The position numbers were made by a program, and so were the translations under genes. DNA of 24,000 nucleotides, taken from positions 761,036 to 785,035 of the forward strand of contig NZ_CP009516.1 of assembly GCF_000970285.1 (NCBI RefSeq), written 5' to 3'. Source of the DNA: Methanosarcina horonobensis HB-1 = JCM 15518 (GTDB lineage Archaea; Halobacteriota; Methanosarcinia; Methanosarcinales; Methanosarcinaceae). This document shows, piece after piece, positions 1-6,699 of the stretch (its first letter is position 1; every line of letters starts with the position of its first letter). The notes under the pieces are model-generated. The model ran no database searches. It saw only the letters and a program-made list of their open reading frames with translations, and was not told the origin of the DNA.

Positions 1-621
1 CAAAAATTTAGTAGTGACGGTAGTTTCATAACACAATGGGGTTCCTATGGTACCGGTGACAATCAATTTAAGGGTCCAAGTGGTATTACTGTAGATTCTT
101 CCGACAATGTTTATGTCACTGACTATAATAATAATAGAATTGCAAAATTCGATAATAACGGCAACTTTATTGTGAAATGGGGAGAACAGGGCTCTGGCAA
201 TGGGCAACTTGGGAATCCGTGTGGTGTCGCAATAGATTTATCTGGAAATGTTTATGTCTCAGAATTTGGTAATTACCGCATTCAGAAGTTTACTATTTCC
301 AGCGATGATGTCTCCGTTACTACTCATAGTGAACAGCCTGCTGAACAACCTACTGAACAGCCTACTGAGCAACCTACTTCTGAAACTGAAGATCCCAATA
401 TAGTCAATTATGTGATAACTAAGATAACAAATATATTTAGCAACGACGGTGACGTCACTATTGACAGTAATAATAATAATATTACAGGCAATAATAATGT
501 CACAGTCGAGCAAATTGGAGATGGAAGCAAGAATAATCTCAGTTTGGGTATAAAAATAGGTTTGGGCGGTCTTATTGGTGTTTCAATTTATACGATTTGG
601 AGAAAAAAAGAAAAAAAGTAA
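1..621 (+). CDS. NHL-repeat cell-surface protein, C-terminal part (5' end outside window)
   Basis: Frame 1 is open from base 1, upstream of the listed ATG at 172. The translation QKFSSDGSFITQWGSYGTGDNQFKGPSGITVDSSDNVYVTDYNNNRIAKFDNNGNFIVKWGEQGSGNGQLGNPCGVAIDLSGNVYVSEFGNYRIQKF shows consecutive NHL-type propeller blades (G-x-G-x-F-x-P-x-G-[IV]-x-[VI]-D-x-x-G-N-[VI]-Y-V-x-[DE]-x-x-N-x-R-I-x-K-F). These are followed by an (EQPx)4 linker, an Asn-rich stretch and a C-terminal hydrophobic anchor (LGIKIGLGGLIGVSIYTIW) plus a basic tail (RKKEKK). Confidence 0.8.
   Translation, partial: QKFSSDGSFITQWGSYGTGDNQFKGPSGITVDSSDNVYVTDYNNNRIAKFDNNGNFIVKWGEQGSGNGQLGNPCGVAIDLSGNVYVSEFGNYRIQKFTISSDDVSVTTHSEQPAEQPTEQPTEQPTSETEDPNIVNYVITKITNIFSNDGDVTIDSNNNNITGNNNVTVEQIGDGSKNNLSLGIKIGLGGLIGVSIYTIWRKKEKK
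331..378 (+). repeat. 4 x 12-bp in-frame tandem repeat encoding (EQP[AT])4 linker
   Basis: gaacagcctgct / gaacaacctact / gaacagcctact / gagcaacctact read directly. It lies inside the NHL-protein CDS. Confidence 0.9.
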
Positions 622-664
622 GATTTTCAGTATCACACGCTCTTTCTATGGCTTCGGCTTTTTT

Positions 665-704
665 AAGCGTGATGTATTCCACAGCTTTGTGTAACATCAC
701 GCTT
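665..704 (+). terminator. Perfect 11-bp inverted repeat hairpin downstream of the NHL-protein gene (possible terminator or structured RNA)
   Basis: aagcgtgatgt (665-675) and acatcacgctt (694-704) are exact reverse complements. The 18-nt spacer holds an inner caca/tgtg pair. It sits about 45 nt after the stop at 621, with T-rich sequence downstream. A third partial copy (atcacacgct) is at 633-642. Confidence 0.35.
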
Positions 705-1455
705 GAGTTATTTATTCGTAATGTTACTTCTAAAAGTCATTCTGTTTTCTATTTCATTTATTTTTTATTCTTTTTGTGTTATCAGGAATAGTCCCTCCTT
801 CTTTATTTCATAAACTTTTTTTAAAATACCGTGGCCCTGGTGATTTCACTAATTTACAGCAAAAGGCGCCATTCAGAAAAGTATTTTTTTAGGTAGTCTT
901 TTTTTGATGCTTTATCTAAAAAATAGAGATATCAGGTTATTACATGGATTGTTTCCCTGCTTCTAATGCTAGTGTTGCCCTAACTGATTACATCTGAATT
1001 AGTTCAAGGCTCATCCTGAGGTTTATTAAAAAGGTCAGGATACTTCTCTTTTAATGGTTTCTCTAGCTCTGGATCTAATTTTGCTTCATAAAGTGTCTTT
1101 GCTTCAGAAATCTGGTCAACTGTTAAATTCTTGGCTCCTTCAAGGTTGGCCTTTATCTGATCTTTCTAATTCTGAGATAAACATGGAAAGGTCCCTTTTT
1201 TCAACTTTGTCAAGGTCAAGCTGGAGCTTCACAGCGATAATTTTCAGAACCGAAATATTTCTAAATTCGATGTCAGCCCAATCGCTCAGTAAAACAGTTA
1301 TCCACAAACTCCAAGATCAGCTTTTTGTTTGTATCAGAAATTGGTGCAAGTGTAGTGATTTTAGCCTCTTCTGAAGACTGCAATTATAAATGCCCACGTC
1401 CACTGTACTACTTCTCTAAGTGAAAAAAAATGGGCTTTAAACAAAAAATAGAAAA

Positions 1456-1527
1456 AGCCTCGGGCGGGATTTGAACCCGCGACCTCGTCCTTACCAAGGA
1501 CGCGCTATACCCCTAAGCCACCAAGGC
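1456..1527 (-). tRNA. tRNA-Thr (anticodon GGU)
   Basis: Reverse complement reads GCCTTGG-TG-GCTTAGGGGTATAGC-G-CGTCC-TTGGTAA-GGACG-AGGTC-GCGGG-TTCAAAT-CCCGC-CCGAGGC-T. It has a 7-bp acceptor stem with one G-U pair, a 5-bp anticodon stem with a 7-nt loop and GGT in the anticodon position, and a canonical T-arm (GCGGG/TTCAAAT/CCCGC). It is 72 nt with no encoded CCA, and an oligo-T run follows on the coding strand. Confidence 0.9.
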
Positions 1528-1712
1528 ACTGTTGCTGTAAGAGCATCTCCAAAATATCACACCAGAGATATAAAGGTTTCGACTGAAGCAGATGCAAATC
1601 GAGAAAAATCTCTTCATTAACTAAAAATTCGGGATCTGGTTTGAAAAATTTGGAGAACTGGCAGGGAAAACTGCCAATTTCTTTAGTGTTTGTTTTTCGG
1701 GAGTTCGGGTTT

Positions 1713-2267
1713 TCAGAGTTTCCAGCGCGCATCAATGGGGAAGCGCTCGTTGATCCACATGAGGACATGGTTGTTGTGGACGATTTTGTAGGTACGGGAA
1801 AGGACAGGGATTCCATCAAAGGTGAGTTCGCCTTCAAGGATTTCGAGTTCTACCATATCTCGCCTGGTCTCAAGGTTGTGGGAGCGCAGGATGCGGCCGA
1901 TTGGAATGTCTGCCCGCATAAGCTGGTCCCTCATCGTTTGTGGCATACGTGCCAGGGGAGAGAGCGACCTTGCATGGACCAGAACTGTGTCTCCGGCGTA
2001 GAGGCGAACTGTCCTGTCATTTACGTCACTCCCTTCTTCTACCCCGAGAAGGTCAGCCAGTTCCTTATCGGCTTTGACTACAAATTGAGACTCGGTTTTT
2101 ACGTTGACCTGTTTTCGGGTCATGATTTCGAGGAGAAAGGTTACGGAACCGTCGGTCCCACAGCAAACCCGGAGGCAGGTGGGAATCTCAAGGCTTTTCA
2201 GTTTTTCAAGGAAATCTCCTTCCAGAACGATACCTCCAGGTAAATGCTGCAGGATATTATTGGTAAT
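1713..2267 (-). CDS. Chorismate pyruvate-lyase-like (DUF98 / UTRA-fold) protein; start codon unclear
   Basis: The minus-strand ORF from the first ATG (2123) gives 136 aa ending ...RTYKIVHNNHVLMWINERFPIDARWKL, which resembles the C-terminal R-x-Y...[IM]-x-I-x-E-x-F-P signature of this family. The frame stays open upstream to a stop at 2268-2270 and encodes ...LRVCCGTDGSVTFLLEIM, which resembles the family's N-terminal [ST]DGS-x-T-x-x-L-[EQ] motif. The real protein therefore probably begins upstream of 2123. The + strand 200-aa ORF (1641..2243) is its antisense shadow. Confidence 0.6.
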   Translation of the reverse strand: MTNNILQHLPGGIVLEGDFLEKLKSLEIPTCLRVCCGTDGSVTFLLEIMTRKQVNVKTESQFVVKADKELADLLGVEEGSDVNDRTVRLYAGDTVLVHARSLSPLARMPQTMRDQLMRADIPIGRILRSHNLETRRDMVELEILEGELTFDGIPVLSRTYKIVHNNHVLMWINERFPIDARWKL

Positions 2268-2305
2268 TTATTGATAGTGTTAGACAGGAATGAGCAGTCA
2301 GGAGG

Positions 2306-2647
2306 TTATTCCTCTCCGACTTCCTTTTTCGCCATTTTCAGGCGCTCTTTTGCCGTGTAGCCGGTAGCCTTAAAGAGAAAGTCTCTGTAGGCTTTGTTGG
2401 TCTGAAGGATCGTTTCATCATCCTTTACAGTTGTATCGGAAACCGTCTCCACACAGAGCATTTTGTTCTCTATCCAGACCGTGATTTTGGACATTGCCCC
2501 GTATGAGGTATCGAAGCGGTCCCCGTTCCGGGAGATTTCAACAGGGAAGCTTTCCTGCATTACCTGGTATATTCTGTCAGGTTCAGGTTTAAAGCCACGT
2601 TTTAACTTGTATTGCTGCATTGCTATCCTCTTATAAGATATTTTCAT
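2306..2647 (-). CDS. Small conserved archaeal hypothetical protein (about 104-113 aa)
   Basis: ORF with balanced, protein-like composition. There is an alternative start at Met10 (ATG 2618-2620) preceded by the SD-like aagaggatagca. I recognise no catalytic motif. It may belong to a DUF family of archaeal proteins, but I cannot confirm that without a profile search. Confidence 0.55.
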   Translation of the reverse strand: MKISYKRIAMQQYKLKRGFKPEPDRIYQVMQESFPVEISRNGDRFDTSYGAMSKITVWIENKMLCVETVSDTTVKDDETILQTNKAYRDFLFKATGYTAKERLKMAKKEVGEE

Positions 2648-2930
2648 CTCAGATAAAGTTTGCTCAGAACCGTTTTGCCTGGAACATGCAGTGATAATCC
2701 GAAGCAGCCGGAGAAATGGTTATGAAAATGGTCCTGGGTGTCGGTTACTTCAAAGGTTCTGGTCTTCATGCATTTCTGCTCCAGGTAACCCGGCTAATTA
2801 CCGATCCAGTAACGCTTATCTCTGGTTTCCTGTATCTGGTTCCGGACTGGAGTAACACCATATATTTATTTTAATATCATTTTCAGTCATTCTTAAATTA
2901 ATTATAAGTATGTATCTTTCCTAGTTTATT

Positions 2931-2968
2931 ATGTGTATATACTTTAATTAAGTGTATATACTTTAATT
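2931..2968. repeat. 19-bp tandem duplication containing the palindromic TATA-like core gtatatac
   Basis: atgtgtatatactttaatt (2931-2949) and aagtgtatatactttaatt (2950-2968) differ at one position. They lie in the divergent intergenic region between the genes at 2647(-) and 3137(+). Confidence 0.9.
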
Positions 2969-3136
2969 TTATACGGCTGGAATTTATCCTGATGCAGTTT
3001 TTACAGGGCTTTCATGCTTTAAACGGGAGTTTCGGTTCAAAGCATGAAAACAGGACTTCCGGTCAAAAAATAGTACATCTTCTGATTTCTAAAACATTGA
3101 ACTGAAAATTAAGGAAAATTAAAGGGGAAACTGGAC

Positions 3137-3538
3137 ATGGTAAAACTTCCTGCAGATGTAAAAGAAGCACTTGCAAATCAACAGGTTACCTCATTTGTGA
3201 CCTCAGATAAAAACGGAGTCCCAAATGTTTGTCTTATGGGTTTTGTAAAAGCAAGAGACGACGAAACTATCATTCTGGCAAATGTTTTCTGGAAAAAGAC
3301 TGAAGCTAATTTGAAAGAAAATCCGAAAGCTGCTATCAGTGCTTACATGCCTCCGATGAAAGCTTACCAGATAAAGGGAAATGTGGAATTAATAAACGAT
3401 GGTCCTCTCATGAATGAGGTTTACGACTGGGTCGCTTCCAAAATGGCAAACCTCAAACCCAAAGGAGCCGCCCTTCTCCATGTGGAAGAGATCTACAGTA
3501 TGAGTCCTGGTCCTAACGCAGGGGAAAGGATTTCCTGA
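3137..3538 (+). CDS. Pyridoxamine 5'-phosphate oxidase-family (FMN-binding split-barrel) protein
   Basis: 133 aa. The pattern TSFVTSDKNGVPNVCLMGFVKARDDETIILANVFWKKTEANLKENPKAAIS is typical of small PNPOx-like flavoproteins. An SD-like aaaggggaaa lies upstream of the ATG. Confidence 0.75.
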   Translation: MVKLPADVKEALANQQVTSFVTSDKNGVPNVCLMGFVKARDDETIILANVFWKKTEANLKENPKAAISAYMPPMKAYQIKGNVELINDGPLMNEVYDWVASKMANLKPKGAALLHVEEIYSMSPGPNAGERIS

Positions 3539-3566
3539 GACCCTTTTACTTGATTTTTTATCTCCA

Positions 3567-3594
3567 CTGTGCTCAGGCACAGAGGATTTTTTTT
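3567..3594 (+). terminator. Hairpin plus oligo-T terminator after the PNPOx-like gene
   Basis: ctgtgc (3567-3572) / loop tcag / gcacag (3577-3582), followed by a T8 run (3587-3594), about 30 nt after the stop at 3538. Confidence 0.5.
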
Positions 3595-3596
3595 CC

Positions 3597-3667
3597 TGAT
3601 TTGTTTTAGGTCTGTTTTAGATCTGTTTTTATGGCTGTTTTGGATTTGATTTAGGTTTGTTTTATCG
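3597..3667. repeat. Degenerate ~11-nt tandem array of [GA]TCTGTTTTAG-like units (about 6 copies)
   Basis: tgatttgttttag / gtctgttttag / atctgtttttatg / gctgttttg / gatttgatttag / gtttgttttatcg. It fills the convergent gap between 3538(+) and 3651(-) and runs into the last codons of the kinase gene. It gives repeated T4-T5 runs on the + strand. Confidence 0.6.
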
Positions 3668-5054
3668 GTAACGTAAATATGAACGTGCTGCCTTTTCCGA
3701 CTTCGCTCTCTATCCATATTTTTCCGCCGTGCAGTTCCACAAGTTTCTGGACAATGGTGAGACCAAGCCCGCTTCCCTGATACGTTCGAACCTCCCAGGT
3801 GTCTATTTGGCTGAAAGGCTGGAACAGCTTTTTCCGGTCCTCCTGCGATATCCCAATACCGCTGTCCCTTACAGAGATCTCTGCAAGGCCTCCGGCAATT
3901 CTGGTTCTGACGGCCACCGAGCCGTTATAGGGAGTGAACTTTATTGCATTGCTTGTGAGATTATAAAGGATTTCTCTGAGTTTTGCTTCGTCTGCATGGA
4001 GAACCCAAAGTTGAGGGTCGATGTCCTTATCAAGACTGATGCCCTTTTTTGACGCTAGGGGAATAAGTGTTGTCAGAACCTCACAGATCAACCTTGATAC
4101 TGATACCTCCGTGTATCGAAGCTCCATTTTTCCTGCTTCGATCCTGGAAAGGTCAAGAATATCATTGATTAAAGACAGCAGATGTTTCCCGCTCATGGAA
4201 ATATTGTCAACATACTTTTTCTGTTTTTCATTTAGCGGCCCTGCAGTTTGCTCAAGCAAAAAATCTGAATATCCAATAATGGAATTTAGCGGTGTCCTTA
4301 ACTCATGGCTCACGTTGGCCAGAAAACTGGACTTAGTGTTGTTTGCTTCTTCAGCGGCCAGTTTGGCTTTGACCATCATCTCTTCTGCCCTTACCTGTTC
4401 TGTCACATCAATCCCCAGACCTCCATATAGTATTATTCCATCACCCTGATTAATTGGAAACCTTATTGTGCGGTAAAAAAGTTCGTTTCCTTCCAGACCT
4501 GCAAGAGACTCAATTTTCGTGTTGCTATCTTTTTCTTTAGCTCCCTCATCTCTGATTCGCTTCTCTATCTCTGGATGCTCCTTCAGATAACTGTTTGAGT
4601 ACAGGATAAATCCTCTATCATCTTTTATGAACGCAGCAGCAGGCAAATTATCCATAAACGTGGTAAATTGTTTTTTACTCTGCTGTAATCCTTTAGAATA
4701 TTTTTTAAGTTCCCTGTTCGCCTGCTCAAGTTCTCGGGCGTACTTTTGGAGTTCACTCCTGCTTTTTTCGGAAGCTTCGATCCATTCTCTGAATGCAAGA
4801 CCATAAGCCATCATTATTTCCATCAGAGGAGTCGAAAGATAACGTGCTGATTCGATAAGTCTGGCGTCCGGGTAGGCTTCTGCAAGGCAGGCTACTGCTT
4901 CTTCATGGATCTCTGCGATATCCTCAGGGGGTACATTTTCCTGGACCAGTTCTCGCCCCAGTTTCTCTATTTCAAAGAGATACTTCTCATCAGGGTCGTT
5001 AAAATAGCTCTTCAGAAGGATGTAATACCTTTGTTTGAAATTTGGTATTGACAT
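3651..5054 (-). CDS. Sensor histidine kinase with an RsbU N-terminal (RsbT-binding type) domain, coiled coil, PAS, HisKA and HATPase_c
   Basis: 467 aa. The N-terminal ~95 aa ([13 protein letters not shown]...[14 protein letters not shown]...[14 protein letters not shown]) align by eye with B. subtilis RsbU residues 1-85 (IEQRYHQLLSRYI...IPPEEIISIHRKVL...LIEVMIGYGMAYQE). H-box is [19 protein letters not shown]-box [11 protein letters not shown], and G-boxes DSGIGI / GSGLGL. No TM segments are evident. Confidence 0.9.
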   Translation of the reverse strand: MSIPNFKQRYYILLKSYFNDPDEKYLFEIEKLGRELVQENVPPEDIAEIHEEAVACLAEAYPDARLIESARYLSTPLMEIMMAYGLAFREWIEASEKSRSELQKYARELEQANRELKKYSKGLQQSKKQFTTFMDNLPAAAFIKDDRGFILYSNSYLKEHPEIEKRIRDEGAKEKDSNTKIESLAGLEGNELFYRTIRFPINQGDGIILYGGLGIDVTEQVRAEEMMVKAKLAAEEANNTKSSFLANVSHELRTPLNSIIGYSDFLLEQTAGPLNEKQKKYVDNISMSGKHLLSLINDILDLSRIEAGKMELRYTEVSVSRLICEVLTTLIPLASKKGISLDKDIDPQLWVLHADEAKLREILYNLTSNAIKFTPYNGSVAVRTRIAGGLAEISVRDSGIGISQEDRKKLFQPFSQIDTWEVRTYQGSGLGLTIVQKLVELHGGKIWIESEVGKGSTFIFTLPIKQT

Positions 5055-5061
5055 GAGCAGG

Positions 5062-5631
5062 TCATCCCTTATATATTAGAATTGTCGCATCATCTGTTTC
5101 TTTTGCGTGATCCCTGAGTATCAGGTCTGCCAGTTCTTGTGTACCTATGTAGGGAAAGTTGTCATAACCGGAAACATCCAGGCGTTCTGAGATGCCGTCA
5201 GTCCACATAAGCACAAGGTCTCCGGCATCCAAATCTGCAGTATTTGTATTCAGTTTCCTGTATCCTCCCCCAACAATGCCCCAATCGCTGCTCAGGTTAA
5301 TTTTTTTTCTACCTCTTATTGCCACACTGACATTTCCTATTCCAGCATGAGTCAATACAGAGTTTCTTTTATCAACAATAACGATACTCATCGCAACCCC
5401 TCGAGTATGACTTATTTCTCTGTCGTACTTCTCAAATATACGGGGAAGTGGTTCACAGAGGTTACGGGATACACAACAGATGGCTGCCTTTGCAGCTTTC
5501 TCAGCCTCTATTCCATGTCCGAGACCGTCAACCATGCACAATGTGACGCTGTCTTTATTTTCCCACCATCTGTATTGATCCCCACAATGCGGATCATTGA
5601 AAAAAGAATGAGTTGCAGTACCTATATCCAT
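5062..5631 (-). CDS. PP2C/SpoIIE-family serine phosphatase, RsbX-like
   Basis: 189 aa. Motifs CGDQY...[15 protein letters not shown]...HAGIGN...MWTDGI...DDATILIY follow the order of the metal-binding Asp motifs of B. subtilis RsbX (CGDSF...ADGLGSG...SVGNV...HTDGL...DDLTYIL). It starts 7 nt after the kinase gene's start-proximal neighbour ends (5054/5062). Confidence 0.85.
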   Translation of the reverse strand: MDIGTATHSFFNDPHCGDQYRWWENKDSVTLCMVDGLGHGIEAEKAAKAAICCVSRNLCEPLPRIFEKYDREISHTRGVAMSIVIVDKRNSVLTHAGIGNVSVAIRGRKKINLSSDWGIVGGGYRKLNTNTADLDAGDLVLMWTDGISERLDVSGYDNFPYIGTQELADLILRDHAKETDDATILIYKG

Positions 5632-5726
5632 TGTTCCTTCCTTTTTTCAGGTCTCCTGACTCCGCCTTGAGTGACCTGTCTGGTTTTCCGGATTTTTTCA
5701 TTCCTGAGTCTATGTGCCGTATCAAA

Positions 5727-6125
5727 TTATTTTCGAGTCCTTCTGATCTCCAGAGTAATTTTTGTGTATCCGGGCTCTGAAGCTATGTCAAAATTATTTA
5801 CAAGCCTTCTGGCACCAGGAAGTCCTGCCCCCAGTCCATTTCCTGTACTAAATCCGTCTTGCATTGCCTGCTCAATATCAGCAATTCCGGGTCCATTGTC
5901 CTCTACAATTACTTTTACAGCCATTTCCTTTTCGTCCTGTTCCTTATAGATAAAACAGCTCCCCTCTCCTGCATATTTCAGGACATTTCTTGCCAGTTCA
6001 GAAATGGCAGTAGCCATGCGTGTCTGATCTGCCGAACCAAACCCCATTTCCTTCATTAGTTCCTTCGCGGTTTGTCTTGCGAATAGAAGGTCGCTCTCGG
6101 TTTTAATTGGTATACTCTTATCCAT
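5727..6125 (-). CDS. RsbT-like serine kinase / switch protein (GHKL HATPase_c_2)
   Basis: 132 aa. [40 protein letters not shown]...[35 protein letters not shown] is near-colinear with B. subtilis RsbT ([40 protein letters not shown]...[35 protein letters not shown]). SD-like agaggg lies upstream. Confidence 0.9.
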   Translation of the reverse strand: [132 protein letters not shown]

Positions 6126-6291
6126 TGCTTATTCCCTCTGGACTTTCCTCAGTCAGTAATCCGGCACTTTTCCATAATTTGCCTGTTCCGGATTCTATCC
6201 GTCATTTTTAATCACTGTACCGTTTTTCGATCACTGGACTGCGTGCTCTCCGCTGCAGTTAATTGTGGAAAATATATTTAGGGTAAGAAAA

Positions 6292-6315
6292 AGTACAGTT
6301 TATAGTACAGTTTAT
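6292..6315. repeat. Exact 12-bp tandem duplication (agtacagtttat x2) spanning the stop codon of the RsbS-like gene
   Basis: Read directly at 6292-6303 and 6304-6315. The stop codon (tta on the + strand) is at 6312-6314. Confidence 0.9.
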
Positions 6316-6695
6316 AATACTTGACTGTGTAATGAGGTTCGTCTTCCTTTTGTCGAACTGAGTATTTTATCAAGTCCTTTGCCGAGGTTAAGTGCAGTTT
6401 GTACACCTATAAGTTCGCGTCCCATTTCAACAAGAGTCAGAGCCACCATAGGCTGCATGCCGCAGAGTACCACCTCAGTTCCCATAATTCGTGCCATATT
6501 TGCCGTCTCATTGATAACTCTCGCCATAAATGAATCTACAATATCCATACCTGTTATATCAATGAGAACTCCTATAGCTTCAGTTTTTTCAAGCATTGTC
6601 AGCATCTGAGACTGGTATTCAAGAACCTCTTTATCTGTCAGGTCACCCTGTATTGACGACAATAAAACGTCCTTGACTCTCAATATAGGAATCAT
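6312..6695 (-). CDS. RsbS-like single-STAS stressosome scaffold protein
   Basis: IPILRVKDVLLSSIQGDLTD...GVLIDITGMDIVDSFMARV...VVLCGMQPMVALTLVEMG parallels B. subtilis RsbS ([20 protein letters not shown]...GVVIDLTSVDMIDSFIAKV...VVLTGIQPAVAVTLIELG). This includes the phospho-acceptor Ser in the D-S-F motif. I place the start at ATG 6693-6695, which is preceded by SD-like aggggt. The longest ORF extends to 6719. Confidence 0.88.
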   Translation of the reverse strand: MIPILRVKDVLLSSIQGDLTDKEVLEYQSQMLTMLEKTEAIGVLIDITGMDIVDSFMARVINETANMARIMGTEVVLCGMQPMVALTLVEMGRELIGVQTALNLGKGLDKILSSTKGRRTSLHSQVL

Positions 6696-6699
6696 TACA

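Noticed and set aside
597-791. 64-aa + ORF overlapping the end of the NHL-protein gene
   Set aside because: It starts inside the poly-A/K tail region of the upstream gene and runs through the hairpin and T-rich terminator region. Its Phe/Leu/Ser-rich translation is most likely spurious.
1054-1374. 106-aa ORF on the + strand
   Set aside because: Its Leu/Ser/Phe-rich composition is typical of the antisense of an E/K-rich frame, and it has no SD or motif. The opposite strand shows the more protein-like, though broken, frames reported as a finding.
790-1527. Integrated element at tRNA-Thr
   Set aside because: There is no integrase motif, no duplicated tRNA 3' fragment (att site) in the window and no compositional jump. 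Only the weak broken-ORF signal remains, reported at low interest.
1641-2243. 200-aa ORF on the + strand
   Set aside because: It lies entirely antisense to the DUF98/chorismate-lyase-like gene, whose minus-strand translation carries recognisable family motifs. The + frame has no motif and looks like a typical shadow ORF.
3729-4449. + strand ORFs of 107 and 142 aa inside the histidine-kinase locus, and similar short ORFs inside the Rsb-like, nifB, que, S-layer and hydantoinase genes
   Set aside because: All are contained in, and antisense or out of frame to, confidently identified genes. In the S-layer gene they recur only because the underlying DNA is repeated.
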